Source of the DNA: an uncultured Clostridia bacterium
Lineage (GTDB): Bacteria; Bacillota; Clostridia; Christensenellales; Borkfalkiaceae
Length of the DNA stretch: 64,000 bases
Assembly: GCA_947053545.1 (NCBI GenBank)
Contig: CAMRSY010000004.1
Coordinates: 9,006 to 73,005, forward strand
Reading direction: 5' to 3'
The position numbers and the translations under genes are program-made. The notes under the pieces were generated by a model that was not told the DNA's origin, did not search any database, and was given only the letters and a program-made list of their open reading frames with translations. Every line of letters starts with the position of its first letter. Positions within the stretch are counted from its first letter, which is position 1. Below, piece by piece: positions 52,436 through 62,187 of this stretch.

Positions 52436-52558
52436 ATTAATATCTTATCACTTTAACACATTATTTGTCAAATACCGTACAAATATTTAATTTTTTAAGT
52501 TTATTAATCTATGCCGTTAACGCGAATAAAATTCGGCAATAATAAATACACTATGGCA

Positions 52559-53599
52559 ATGAAAAAAATTATGTTTTGCGGCGGCGGCAGCGCCGGCCAC
52601 GTTATGCCTAATATAGCCCTTTATGAAGAATTGAAAAATAATTACGATATTTATTATATCGGTACGGACGGAATAGAAAAAAATATTTGCAACGATTTCG
52701 GACTTAAATTTTATGGATTTGACGGCGTTAAACTGGTAAGAGGCAAAATTTTATGCAATCTTGCAATCCCTTATAAACTGTTTAAAAGCATACGGCAGTG
52801 CCGCGCCGTTTTAAACAAAGTAAAACCCGACCTTTTATTTTGTAAAGGCGGATACGCTTCCCTTCCCCCCGCGTTTGCCGCCGCCAAATGCGGCATACCC
52901 GTTTTAACTCACGAATCCGACCTTACCGCAGGGATAGCAAATAAAATTATCGCGGGTAAATCATTAAATATTTTAACGTCATTCTCTTCAACCGCAAAGC
53001 GGTTTAAAAACGGAATATATACGGGATCGCCCATGCGGAAAAGCATTTTCAACGCGGATAAAGGACTTGCGCGCGCAAAATTCGGTTTAGACGTCCGCCC
53101 AGTCGTTTTGGTTTTCGGCGGCGGCAGCGGATCGAAAAAGATAAACGATAATCTTAGAAAAATTATTTTTGACCTCTGCAAAAAATTTAACGTGCTACAT
53201 GTTTGCGGCAGGGGAAACGCCGTTGAAAACAATATTTACGGATATAAGCAAATTGAATTTACAACGGATATGAGTGAGGTTTTTGCCTGCGCCGATTATG
53301 CCGTAGCACGTTGCGGCTCCAATTCCGCACACGAGCTTTTAGCGCTTAAAATTCCCACTCTTTTCATTCCTTTGGATAACGGCGCTTCACGCGGCGACCA
53401 AATTAAAAACGCGCGGTATTTCGAAAGCGCGGGGCTTTGCCGCGTTTTAAACGAACGGGAACTTACGCCAAAGTCGCTTTACGAAAACATTGACCTTTTA
53501 GTTGCCGACAAAAAAATAAAATCCGCACTGCAAAACTGCAAAATAGAGTGCGGAAACGAAAAAATTATTTATCAAATCGAGCAGGCAATCAACCGATAA
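52559..53599 (+). CDS. murG: undecaprenyldiphospho-muramoylpentapeptide beta-N-acetylglucosaminyltransferase
   Basis: N-terminal G-loop FCGGGSAGHVMP, GT28 layout. Start uncertain (52553 or 52559; the ORF-track extension to 52511 is unlikely). Confidence 0.85.
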   Translation: MKKIMFCGGGSAGHVMPNIALYEELKNNYDIYYIGTDGIEKNICNDFGLKFYGFDGVKLVRGKILCNLAIPYKLFKSIRQCRAVLNKVKPDLLFCKGGYASLPPAFAAAKCGIPVLTHESDLTAGIANKIIAGKSLNILTSFSSTAKRFKNGIYTGSPMRKSIFNADKGLARAKFGLDVRPVVLVFGGGSGSKKINDNLRKIIFDLCKKFNVLHVCGRGNAVENNIYGYKQIEFTTDMSEVFACADYAVARCGSNSAHELLALKIPTLFIPLDNGASRGDQIKNARYFESAGLCRVLNERELTPKSLYENIDLLVADKKIKSALQNCKIECGNEKIIYQIEQAINR

Positions 53600-54185
53600 T
53601 ACCCTCCACTAGAATTTTTATACCTATTCCTACAAGCACAAGTCCGCCCAAAATTTCGGCTATGCAAAGTTTGTTTTTAAACAGCTTGCCAATTTTAACG
53701 CCGAGAATTACCCCTACAAGGCTGATAATAAAGGTTATAACCCCTATTATACCCACAAGCAAAAAAACGTTTGCGTTTGTTACCCCCGACATTATGCCCA
53801 TGGAAACACCGACCGCCAACGCGTCGATACTTGTTGCAATTCCCTGCAATAAAACGGTGGGATAGGAAAATTTTTTGGGCTCGACCTCACCTTCCGCCGT
53901 CCTTGCGTCTTTCACACCGTCAAGCACCATTTTGCCACCGATAAACAACAAAAGAAAGAATGCTATGTAATGGTCGTATCTGTCGATATATTTTGAAAAC
54001 AACGACATGAGAAAGTAGCCGCATAACGGCATTACAGCCTGAAACACGCCGAAAGTAAGCGGTATTGTAACCGCCTTGCCTTTACTTAGCTTATTGTAAC
54101 ACATTCCATCGGTTATGGAAACGGCGAAAGCGTCCATAGCAAGCGAAATGCCTATAAGTGCAATTTGTAATACCAGTAACCACAT
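53589..54185 (-). CDS. mntP: manganese efflux pump MntP
   Basis: Duplicated DAFAVS/DALAVG motifs, six TM helices, ~198 aa. Confidence 0.8.
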   Translation of the reverse strand: MWLLVLQIALIGISLAMDAFAVSITDGMCYNKLSKGKAVTIPLTFGVFQAVMPLCGYFLMSLFSKYIDRYDHYIAFFLLLFIGGKMVLDGVKDARTAEGEVEPKKFSYPTVLLQGIATSIDALAVGVSMGIMSGVTNANVFLLVGIIGVITFIISLVGVILGVKIGKLFKNKLCIAEILGGLVLVGIGIKILVEGIIG

Positions 54186-54366
54186 ACTTTTATATTATAA
54201 TATAATTAAGCGCGAATGTAAATGCTTTAATTTAAACACTATAACTAATTTATTTAAATTTTTTTTATTTTTACCTTTAAAACGTTTGGCATTTATTTTT
54301 TAATTAAGTATAATAATTAAGTAATCGCGGCGTTAAGCCGAAATTGTTAACTGTATGTTTTTATTT

Positions 54367-54443
54367 TGAGGTGTAGCGCAGTTTGGTAGCGCGTCTGGTT
54401 AGGGACCAGAAGGTCGTGGGTTCAAGTCCCGTCACCTCAACCA
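54367..54443 (+). tRNA. tRNA-Pro-like, anticodon read as AGG (loop UUAGGGA), U1-A72, CCA encoded
   Basis: Hand fold: acceptor TGAGGTG/CACCTCA, D-stem GCGC/GCGC, anticodon stem TCTGG/CCAGA, T-arm GTGGG-TTCAAGT-CCCGT. Confidence 0.8.
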
Positions 54444-54446
54444 CAA

Positions 54447-54478
54447 AAGAGAATCCGAATTACGGATTCTCTTTTTTT
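54447..54478 (+). terminator. Rho-independent terminator after tRNA-Pro
   Basis: AAGAGAATCCG-aatta-CGGATTCTCTT followed by TTTTT. Confidence 0.75.
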
Positions 54479-54501
54479 ATTTCATTTAAGGTGTTTAGTA
54501 T

Positions 54502-54795
54502 ATGGCAAGACACGTTTTTTTATTTGACGGAGGCGAAAAATTAACGACTATGGGCGCAGCCTGGTTTGTTTCGTATTGCTACTTTAACAAGATAGATAAC
54601 GGACACAAAAACTGGCAAAATGTATCTACATATCAAAACAGAGCGTCCGTTTACAAAAGCACCGCAAAATACCATACTTACTGGCTGAAAAAGGTGCTTG
54701 ATATGGACGATTACAACTTAAATAAAAACGCCATAGATTTAAATGCAGGACAAATTAAAAAAATGGCGGAACATTTGCTTAATAACGTAAAATAA
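54502..54795 (+). CDS. hypothetical protein (97 aa)
   Basis: ORF track only. Confidence 0.4.
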   Translation: MARHVFLFDGGEKLTTMGAAWFVSYCYFNKIDNGHKNWQNVSTYQNRASVYKSTAKYHTYWLKKVLDMDDYNLNKNAIDLNAGQIKKMAEHLLNNVK

Positions 54796-55707
54796 TTATT
54801 TTTTCTTTTCCTTGCGGCGTTTATCATTAATAAAATCCAACGCCACTTCATCAATCAGCGTTAATCCCTCCTCTTTTGCTATTTCAACCATCTGCGTTAA
54901 AGCGGCTTTTAAAAAAATGCGGGGTATTTTGGTAAGTTTCAAACACGCGCCTTCAGTGAACTTTACGCTGGGGTCGATTCGCGAAGCCGCGTAAATTACC
55001 GAATTAACGTCGCCCTCCTTAGCCTGAATTTTTTCGCGCAAAGGTTTTTTGAAGCGCGTATACCAGAAATCAGTGCTGTCGCGATATCCGTAATCGACCG
55101 GAACCCGCGGGAAAGCGCCGGCGCTTACGCCGCCCACAATGGCATTGTAATATTTGGATTTTATTAAAATTTTATCTATTTTTAAAATAAAATGAGCGCC
55201 GAATTTACTTGTTATGCCGTTGAAATTTCTGTAAGGCGGTTCATAACCTTCCAAACGGCCGGCCTCATCCAGATACGCTTTTTCCAAACCGTCGTCCCAG
55301 CTGCACTCAAACACCTGAAATGCTTCTTCTATAATTTTGGGTCTGTTGCCGCCGAGTTTACCTTCTTTAAGCGTAAAAATACAGTTTTTCATCTTCTCTT
55401 CGGTAGTTTCACCCGGAAATCCAAGCCTAACCGCCTCTTTGAAAAACTTTTTTTTGTCGGGAATAAAGTTTAGCGAGCACTTTTTATTGCGCAATAAATT
55501 CTGCGCCGTGTTCGAGCTGTTGCGGCATTCGAGTATCATAGCATAATAATCTTTGCCCGCTATGTAGTAGGGAAAGCAAAGCGAATAAGCACCTAAATTT
55601 GTTTGTCCGTTTTCCGACACGGTACCCACAAGCGTCGTTGGCATAGGGAAAAACGCCGACGTCTGATAAAAATTGTCTACAATCCGCAAATCTTTAAATT
55701 CTTCCAT
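54796..55707 (-). CDS. hypothetical protein, possibly flavin-reductase-like (FMN-binding split barrel)
   Basis: Weak resemblance of the N-terminal part (FFPMPTTLVGTVSENGQTNLGAYS) to flavin-reductase-like domains. Not verified. Confidence 0.4.
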   Translation of the reverse strand: MEEFKDLRIVDNFYQTSAFFPMPTTLVGTVSENGQTNLGAYSLCFPYYIAGKDYYAMILECRNSSNTAQNLLRNKKCSLNFIPDKKKFFKEAVRLGFPGETTEEKMKNCIFTLKEGKLGGNRPKIIEEAFQVFECSWDDGLEKAYLDEAGRLEGYEPPYRNFNGITSKFGAHFILKIDKILIKSKYYNAIVGGVSAGAFPRVPVDYGYRDSTDFWYTRFKKPLREKIQAKEGDVNSVIYAASRIDPSVKFTEGACLKLTKIPRIFLKAALTQMVEIAKEEGLTLIDEVALDFINDKRRKEKKK

Positions 55708-55767
55708 AAAACTCCTTATATAAAATTTACCGCCGACAGCGTTAATTTTGTCGGCGGTAAAATTTTA

Positions 55768-58209
55768 TTATTTATCGTTTTTGCCCTGCGGCTTTAAATT
55801 CCATATATTTTCCGCATATTCCTTTATACTGCGGTCGGCGGAAAAGAAACCCGAAGCCGCAATATTTCTGAGCGACATTTTGTTCCATCTCGTTTTATCG
55901 TTTACATAAAGCTCGGAAATCTGATGCTGCGTTCTGCTGTACGAAACGAAATCAGCCATACACATATAAGGGTCGGCAACGGGGCTGCCCGTTAACAGAT
56001 AGTTTGCCATATCGGCAAAAGACTGACCGTTGAAACCTATAATCAAAGCCTCGATAATTCTTCTTAATCTGGGCGATTCGTTATAGTATTTCGACGAGCT
56101 GTATCCAGCGCGCCAGATATCGTCTACCTCGTTGGATTTCAGACCGAAGATAAAAATATTTTCATCCCCGACGGCCTGCGCCATTTCCACGTTGGCACCG
56201 TCTAAAGTACCTATCGTCAACGCGCCGTTAATCATAAATTTCATATTGCCCGTTCCGCTCGCCTCTTTACCTGCAAGCGATATCTGTTCGGATACCTCCG
56301 ACGCAGGCATAAGTTTTTCGGACATAGTTACGTTATAGTCTTCCATATAAACGACGTTTAATTTTTCGTTTATTTTGGGATTTTTACGTATGTCGGCAGA
56401 AATGAAATTTATTAATTTAATAATCTGCTTCGCCATCGAGTAACCGGGCGCCGCCTTAGCGCCGAAAATATACGTTTTAGGCTGCATCGGCATATCGGGA
56501 TTTTCCTGCAAATCGAGATATACGTCGATGATATTTAAAACGTTTAAAAGCTGGCGCTTATACTCGTGAAGTCTTTTTGCCTGCGTATCGAAAAGGCTTT
56601 CGGGATTTATTACAAAACCTTGCTTTTTGAAAGCGTAATCGACAAACTGCTTTTTCTTTATCGCTTTAATTTCTTCAAGCCGCGTTAAAACGGTTTTATC
56701 GTCTTCGAATTTTTTAAATTCGGCAAGCTGAGAACTGTCGTGCACAAAGCCGTCGCCTATGCAGTCGCATAAAAGCTGCGTAAGCTCTGGATTGGCCTGG
56801 CACAGCCACCTTCTGTATGCTATGCCGTTTGTTACATTCGTAAACTTTTCAGGCGAAAAATCGTAGAAATCCCTGAAAACCGACTGTTTAATAATTTCGC
56901 TGTGAAGCGCCGCAACGCCGTTTACGCTGTGACCGCCGTAGACAGAAAGATTTGCCATTTTTATGCGGCTGTGTTCGATAATGGACATACGCGAAATTTT
57001 TGCCCATTCGCCGGGGAAAGCATTCCACAGCTGTTCACACAGCCTACGGTTGATTTCCAGAATAATGGAATGTATGCGAGGAACAATTCTTTCAATCAAA
57101 TCTTCCGACCAGGTTTCAAGAGCTTCCGCCAATACCGTATGGTTAGTATAAGCGCACGTTGCCGTGGTTATAGCCCATGCGTCGTCCCAATCGTAATAAT
57201 ACTCGTCGATGAGGATACGCATCAATTCGGGAATTGCCATCGCCGGATGCGTGTCGTTTAAATGAATTGCCGCAAGTTTGGGCAAATCTTTCAATGTTCC
57301 GTATCTGTGGCGGTGGTCGTCAACAATATTCTGAATTGAAGCCGAGCACAGGAAATACTGCTGTTTCAGCCTTAGAGATTTGCCGTTTACATGGTTATCC
57401 GCGGGATAAAGCACTTTTGTAAGCACCTCGGCGTCGTTATCTTCGGTCATTGCCTGATAATAATCGCCCTGCGAGAAAAGCTTCATATTGAAATCCTGCA
57501 ACGGCTTAGCCTTCCACAGCCTTAACACCGAAACCGCTTCGCTGTCCTTACCCGAAATCATCATATCGTAAGCTACCGCCTCGATATCCTTCGTATCGGT
57601 ATAAGTTAGATGCATACCGTTATTGGTCCACTTTTCCTCTACCCTACCGTTAAAGCGCACGATAAACGATTTGTCGGTACGCTGGGTAAGCCAAACCTCG
57701 CCGCCGGGAAGCCAAACGTCGGGCAGTTCGATTTGCCAGCCGTCAACTATTTTTTGTTTGAAAAGCCCGTACTCGTAGCGGAGCGAGTAACCCATAGCGG
57801 GATAATTGCCCGAAGCAAGCGCGTCCATAAAGCACGCCGCCAGCCTGCCTAAACCGCCGTTACCCAAGCCTGCGTCGGGTTCGAGTTCGTACAGTTCGTC
57901 AAGCGAGGCGCCGTAAGACGAAATCGCTTTGTTAAAAGCCTCGGTAGCACCGAGATTGTATAAACTGTTTTTCAACGAACGCCCCAAAAGGAATTCCATA
58001 CACAAATAGTAAACCCTTTTCGCACGCTTTGCTTTGCACTTTTTTTGGAAATGCTGACGCTTTTCAAGTAAGATATCTCTTACGCACATCACGACAGCCC
58101 TATAAAGTTGTTCTTTGGAAGCCTCGGCAGGCGCAACGCCGAAATACCTTGAAAGTTTTCCTTTTACAAGGTCCTTGACCTCCTTTTCGGTAATAGCTGT
58201 TAAGCTCAT
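55768..58209 (-). CDS. glgP: glycogen/maltodextrin phosphorylase
   Basis: GT35 length (813 aa) and PLP-lysine motif EASGTGNMKFMINGA. Confidence 0.95.
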   Translation of the reverse strand: MSLTAITEKEVKDLVKGKLSRYFGVAPAEASKEQLYRAVVMCVRDILLEKRQHFQKKCKAKRAKRVYYLCMEFLLGRSLKNSLYNLGATEAFNKAISSYGASLDELYELEPDAGLGNGGLGRLAACFMDALASGNYPAMGYSLRYEYGLFKQKIVDGWQIELPDVWLPGGEVWLTQRTDKSFIVRFNGRVEEKWTNNGMHLTYTDTKDIEAVAYDMMISGKDSEAVSVLRLWKAKPLQDFNMKLFSQGDYYQAMTEDNDAEVLTKVLYPADNHVNGKSLRLKQQYFLCSASIQNIVDDHRHRYGTLKDLPKLAAIHLNDTHPAMAIPELMRILIDEYYYDWDDAWAITTATCAYTNHTVLAEALETWSEDLIERIVPRIHSIILEINRRLCEQLWNAFPGEWAKISRMSIIEHSRIKMANLSVYGGHSVNGVAALHSEIIKQSVFRDFYDFSPEKFTNVTNGIAYRRWLCQANPELTQLLCDCIGDGFVHDSSQLAEFKKFEDDKTVLTRLEEIKAIKKKQFVDYAFKKQGFVINPESLFDTQAKRLHEYKRQLLNVLNIIDVYLDLQENPDMPMQPKTYIFGAKAAPGYSMAKQIIKLINFISADIRKNPKINEKLNVVYMEDYNVTMSEKLMPASEVSEQISLAGKEASGTGNMKFMINGALTIGTLDGANVEMAQAVGDENIFIFGLKSNEVDDIWRAGYSSSKYYNESPRLRRIIEALIIGFNGQSFADMANYLLTGSPVADPYMCMADFVSYSRTQHQISELYVNDKTRWNKMSLRNIAASGFFSADRSIKEYAENIWNLKPQGKNDK

Positions 58210-58232
58210 TATATTCTCCTGTAATAGTAAAA

Positions 58233-59822
58233 TTATTTAAGCATTTCCATATACAGCGCCTCGTATTCCTTAGCCGATTTGTTCCAGCTGAAATCGGAAA
58301 CGGCAGCCCTGTATCTGATTTTTGCCCATTCTTCTTTGTTTTTATAATCTTCAACGGCTTTTCTTATGACGTACAGCATATCGTGGGCGTTGTAATTTGC
58401 AAAAGTATAGCCGTTTTGACCAGGTTTGATACTGTCGTACAGTCCGCCCGTTTCCCTTACAACGGGCACGGTTGCGTATCTGCACGCTATCATCTGCGAA
58501 AGCCCGCAAGGCTCGGATTTCGACGGCATAAGGAATATATCCGAACCCGAATAAATCTTTCTGGAAAGGTCGCCGTTAAACTGTATATTCGCGCTTACCT
58601 TATCGGGATATCTCTTTGCAAGGTCGCGGAAGAACGACTCGTACTGATAATCGCCGGTACCCAGAATTACAAGCTGAACGTCGTCCTGCAATAACTCTTC
58701 GATAACGTTTGTCACCAAATCAAGCCCCTTATGCGATACAAGGCGCGATATCATTGAAATTACAGGCGTATCGGGCTTTACGGGCAGATTAAGCATCTTT
58801 TGCAACTCTTTTTTGCAAACCGCTTTACCGCTTAAATCTTCGGGCGTAAAGTTTGCAAACAAGCGCTTGTCAAGCTCGCTGTTATAGCCGGTATCGTCTA
58901 TACCGTTTAATATTCCCCTAAGTTTAAACGCATTGTTACGTATAATGGGGTCTAGTCCGTGCGCATAATACGCGTCCTTTATTTCGTCTGCGTATTTGGG
59001 GCTTACGGTAGAAAACCTTTCGCTTACCTCTATGGCGCCCTTCATAAGATTTATGGAGTTGTTATATTCCACCAGATACTGATATTTTCCGTAAATATCG
59101 AAAAGAGACGACAAGATATCCAGCGAATACTGCCCCTGATATTCTATGTTATGAATTGTGAAAAGGGAACGGATAAACTGGTATTCCTGCCTGAAACAGT
59201 AGTTGGTTTTAAGATAAATTGCCGCCAGCGCAGCCTGCCAGTCGTGGCAGTGCATAACCTCTGGATAGAAATTCAAGAAAGGCATAATTTCCAGCACGGC
59301 GCGCGAAAAAAAAGCAAATCTTTCGCCGTCGTCAAAATACCCGTAGCAGCCGGGGCGTTTGAAATAAAACTCGTTATCGATAAAGTAGAAAATTACTCCG
59401 TCCTTTTCGTAAGAGAATACGCCGCAGTACTGGTTACGCCAGGCAAGATGGACGTATAAATTGCCTATGTAAGTAAACTTATCGCGGTATTCCTTTTTTA
59501 TATCCGAATATAAAGGTATAACCACCCTTACGTCAAACCCTCCGGTCTTGGCAAGGGCTGTAGAAAGCGAACCGATAACCTCGGCAAGTCCGCCCGTCTG
59601 AATGAAAGGCGTAGCCTCGGACGCGACGAATAAAATTTTCTTTTTTTCCGCACTCGCTGTTTCTGCGGGCTTCACCGCTTTTACCGCAGATTTTGCTCCC
59701 CCGACAGACTTGGTTGCCGCCGCGCTTTTTTTACCTGCGGCGCCCGTAACGCTCTTCTTAGCCGACGACGAAGCGGCGGACTTTTTTGCCGTAGTTTTTG
59801 CTGTTATAGTTTTTTCTGCCAT
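58233..59822 (-). CDS. glgA: glycogen synthase with ~65-aa Lys/Ala/Ser-rich N-terminal extension
   Basis: Canonical KILFVASEATPFIQTGGLAEV begins at residue ~62. No in-frame ATG/GTG/TTG just before it. GGGGG RBS 8 nt before the ATG at 59822. Confidence 0.9.
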   Translation of the reverse strand: MAEKTITAKTTAKKSAASSSAKKSVTGAAGKKSAAATKSVGGAKSAVKAVKPAETASAEKKKILFVASEATPFIQTGGLAEVIGSLSTALAKTGGFDVRVVIPLYSDIKKEYRDKFTYIGNLYVHLAWRNQYCGVFSYEKDGVIFYFIDNEFYFKRPGCYGYFDDGERFAFFSRAVLEIMPFLNFYPEVMHCHDWQAALAAIYLKTNYCFRQEYQFIRSLFTIHNIEYQGQYSLDILSSLFDIYGKYQYLVEYNNSINLMKGAIEVSERFSTVSPKYADEIKDAYYAHGLDPIIRNNAFKLRGILNGIDDTGYNSELDKRLFANFTPEDLSGKAVCKKELQKMLNLPVKPDTPVISMISRLVSHKGLDLVTNVIEELLQDDVQLVILGTGDYQYESFFRDLAKRYPDKVSANIQFNGDLSRKIYSGSDIFLMPSKSEPCGLSQMIACRYATVPVVRETGGLYDSIKPGQNGYTFANYNAHDMLYVIRKAVEDYKNKEEWAKIRYRAAVSDFSWNKSAKEYEALYMEMLK

Positions 59823-59842
59823 AATTTTCCCCCGAAATATTT

Positions 59843-60955
59843 TTAAATACGCGAGCCCTTATTTACAAAATAAGGCTTCTGCTCGCAACCGGCCAACGTT
59901 ACGCCGCTTGAAATAGCGCAGTCTTTATCGGTTACGACGTAAGAAAGATTGCAATCTTCACCGATAAAATTCTCGCTCATGATAATGCAGTTTTTAAGAT
60001 GCGCCCCTTCGCGAACTATTACGTTACGGAACAGAATACAGTTTTCTACGGTGCCCTCTATAAGACAGCCGTCATGGACAAGCGAATTTTTCACGTTGGC
60101 AGTCGCCGTAATCTTTGCGGGAGGCGCGTCGTTGACTTTAGTATAAACGTCCCTGCCGCCGAAAATTTCACTACGGATATCTTTATCCAGCAAATCCATA
60201 TTCGATTTATAGAAAGACTGCAGCGAATCGACGTTGCCGTAATAGCCCTCCAGCTTATAGGCGTAAACACTGCCGGTTTTTATTGCGGGAAGAATTATAT
60301 CCTTAGAAAAGCTTGTAAGCCCCCTAGCTATAACCTTTTGCAGTAAACTTAACAGATACGTCGTACGGGCGACAAATACGTTTATATAATGTTTTCTTAA
60401 TCCCTTGCCCTTAGCGTTAATATCTATCGATTTTACTTTGCCGTCGCCGTCGGTATCCATTAAAATATAGGCGGGGCTGTCTCCGCACTCGTGTTCGTGA
60501 TATACCATAGTTATGTCGGCGTTATTAGCAATATGTTCTTCGATTACTTTGCTGTAATCAAGCTTGTACACCGAATCGCTGTCGGCAAGCACAACGAAAT
60601 CTTCTTTGGCTTTTTTCAAAAAAGCCATAGCGCCCTTTAAACCTTCCAGCCTGTTGGTATAAAGTATTTCGCTTTCGTCGCTGTACGGAGGCAAAAGAAT
60701 AAGCCCGCCTTCCTTTCTGGCCAAATCCCACTCTTTACCCGAGCCGAGATGGTCCATCAGCGACTGATAATTATTTTTCGTAAGCATACCTACTGTGGTA
60801 ATGCCCGAATTAACCATATTGGAAAGTACGAAATCCACAAGGCGGTATCTGCCGCCGTAAGGTATCGAACCTTTCGACCTCACCTTTGTAAGTTCGGCAA
60901 CGTGTTCGTCGTTAATACTTGTAAAAATTACGCCTACGGTTGAAGACATATTCAT
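59843..60955 (-). CDS. glgD: glucose-1-phosphate adenylyltransferase regulatory subunit GlgD
   Basis: GlgC paralogue lacking the GGxGxRL loop (VGVIFTSINDEHVAELT). Position between glgC and glgA. Confidence 0.8.
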   Translation of the reverse strand: MNMSSTVGVIFTSINDEHVAELTKVRSKGSIPYGGRYRLVDFVLSNMVNSGITTVGMLTKNNYQSLMDHLGSGKEWDLARKEGGLILLPPYSDESEILYTNRLEGLKGAMAFLKKAKEDFVVLADSDSVYKLDYSKVIEEHIANNADITMVYHEHECGDSPAYILMDTDGDGKVKSIDINAKGKGLRKHYINVFVARTTYLLSLLQKVIARGLTSFSKDIILPAIKTGSVYAYKLEGYYGNVDSLQSFYKSNMDLLDKDIRSEIFGGRDVYTKVNDAPPAKITATANVKNSLVHDGCLIEGTVENCILFRNVIVREGAHLKNCIIMSENFIGEDCNLSYVVTDKDCAISSGVTLAGCEQKPYFVNKGSRI

Positions 60956-60964
60956 TTTCCCCCT

Positions 60965-62167
60965 TTATACGTCCCTGTCTACAATTTCGCCCGCGGCGAC
61001 GTTTGCGCCGTCGGAAACGGTTATGCCTCTGCCGAGCACCGTTATACCGCCCGTCTTTCCCTCAACTTTGGCCGCCTCGGACTTGGCGACGCCGACGACG
61101 GCTTTTTTACATACGGTAACCTCTTCGTCGATAATCGAATAGTTTACCTGCGCCCCCGCCTTAATTACGGTGTTGCCCATAAGCACGCTGTCTTTCACCA
61201 CAGCGCCCTTTTCAATTACGCAGCCCGTACCTATTACGGAATTTATTACGCTGCCCTCCACCTCGCAACCGTTTGCAATCATAGAGTTGGATACTTCGCC
61301 CGTTACGTATGCGGGAGGAGCCAAAGGACTGCGCGAATGAATTACCCTGTCGTCGTCCCTGAGCTCGAAATTAGGCACGGTTCCCAGCAAATCCATATTC
61401 GCTTCAAGAAGCGACGTTATTGTACCTACGTCTTTCCAGTATCCTTCGAAACGGTACGAATACATCTTTTCGCCCGCGTTAAGCATCGCGGGCAGAACGT
61501 TTTTGCCGAAATCTTTTTCCGAATCGGGATTCTGCTCGTCGAGTTCGAGATATTTGAAAAGCTTGGATGCCGTAAATATGTAAATTCCCATTGAAGCCAA
61601 ATCGCTTTTGGGCTGTTTGGGCTTTTCTTCGAATTCGTATATGGTGCCGTCCGGATTGGTGTTGAGAATGCCGAATCGGGAAGCCTCTTTCATGGGCACT
61701 TTCATACATGCAATGGTGCAGTCCGCACCCGCCGCTTTATGCGCTTCCAGCATTTTGTCGTAGTCCATTTTATATATGTGATCGCCCGAAAGTATAAGCA
61801 CGTATTCAGGGTCGTACATTTTCATAAAGCGGATATTCTGGTAAATTGCGTTAGCCGTGCCCTTATACCACGAAGTGTCCTTTTTAGCCTCGTACGGGGA
61901 AAGGATATGTACGCCGCCGAAAGTTCTGTCTAAATCCCACGGCTGACCGTTTCCTACGTACTCGTTTAAAACAAGCGGCTGATACTGCGTTAGCACGCCC
62001 ACCGTATCTATACCCGAATTGATACAGTTTGAAAGCGGAAAGTCGATAATCCTGTACTTTGCGCCGAACGAAACCGCGGGTTTTGCAATGTTGCTGGTTA
62101 AGGCATACAGTCTGCTGCCCTGTCCTCCGGCAAGCAACATCGCCACACATTGTTTTTTTCTTAGCAT
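60965..62167 (-). CDS. glgC: glucose-1-phosphate adenylyltransferase
   Basis: [13 protein letters not shown] loop, left-handed beta-helix C-terminus. Confidence 0.95.
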   Translation of the reverse strand: MLRKKQCVAMLLAGGQGSRLYALTSNIAKPAVSFGAKYRIIDFPLSNCINSGIDTVGVLTQYQPLVLNEYVGNGQPWDLDRTFGGVHILSPYEAKKDTSWYKGTANAIYQNIRFMKMYDPEYVLILSGDHIYKMDYDKMLEAHKAAGADCTIACMKVPMKEASRFGILNTNPDGTIYEFEEKPKQPKSDLASMGIYIFTASKLFKYLELDEQNPDSEKDFGKNVLPAMLNAGEKMYSYRFEGYWKDVGTITSLLEANMDLLGTVPNFELRDDDRVIHSRSPLAPPAYVTGEVSNSMIANGCEVEGSVINSVIGTGCVIEKGAVVKDSVLMGNTVIKAGAQVNYSIIDEEVTVCKKAVVGVAKSEAAKVEGKTGGITVLGRGITVSDGANVAAGEIVDRDV

Positions 62168-62187
62168 TTATAAAATCCCCCAGATTT

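Noticed and set aside
54186-54366. Expected yybP-ykoY (Mn) riboswitch upstream of mntP
   Set aside because: The minus-strand leader is extremely AT-rich and lacks the conserved GGGGAGUAG / GACA elements. No aptamer could be folded by eye.
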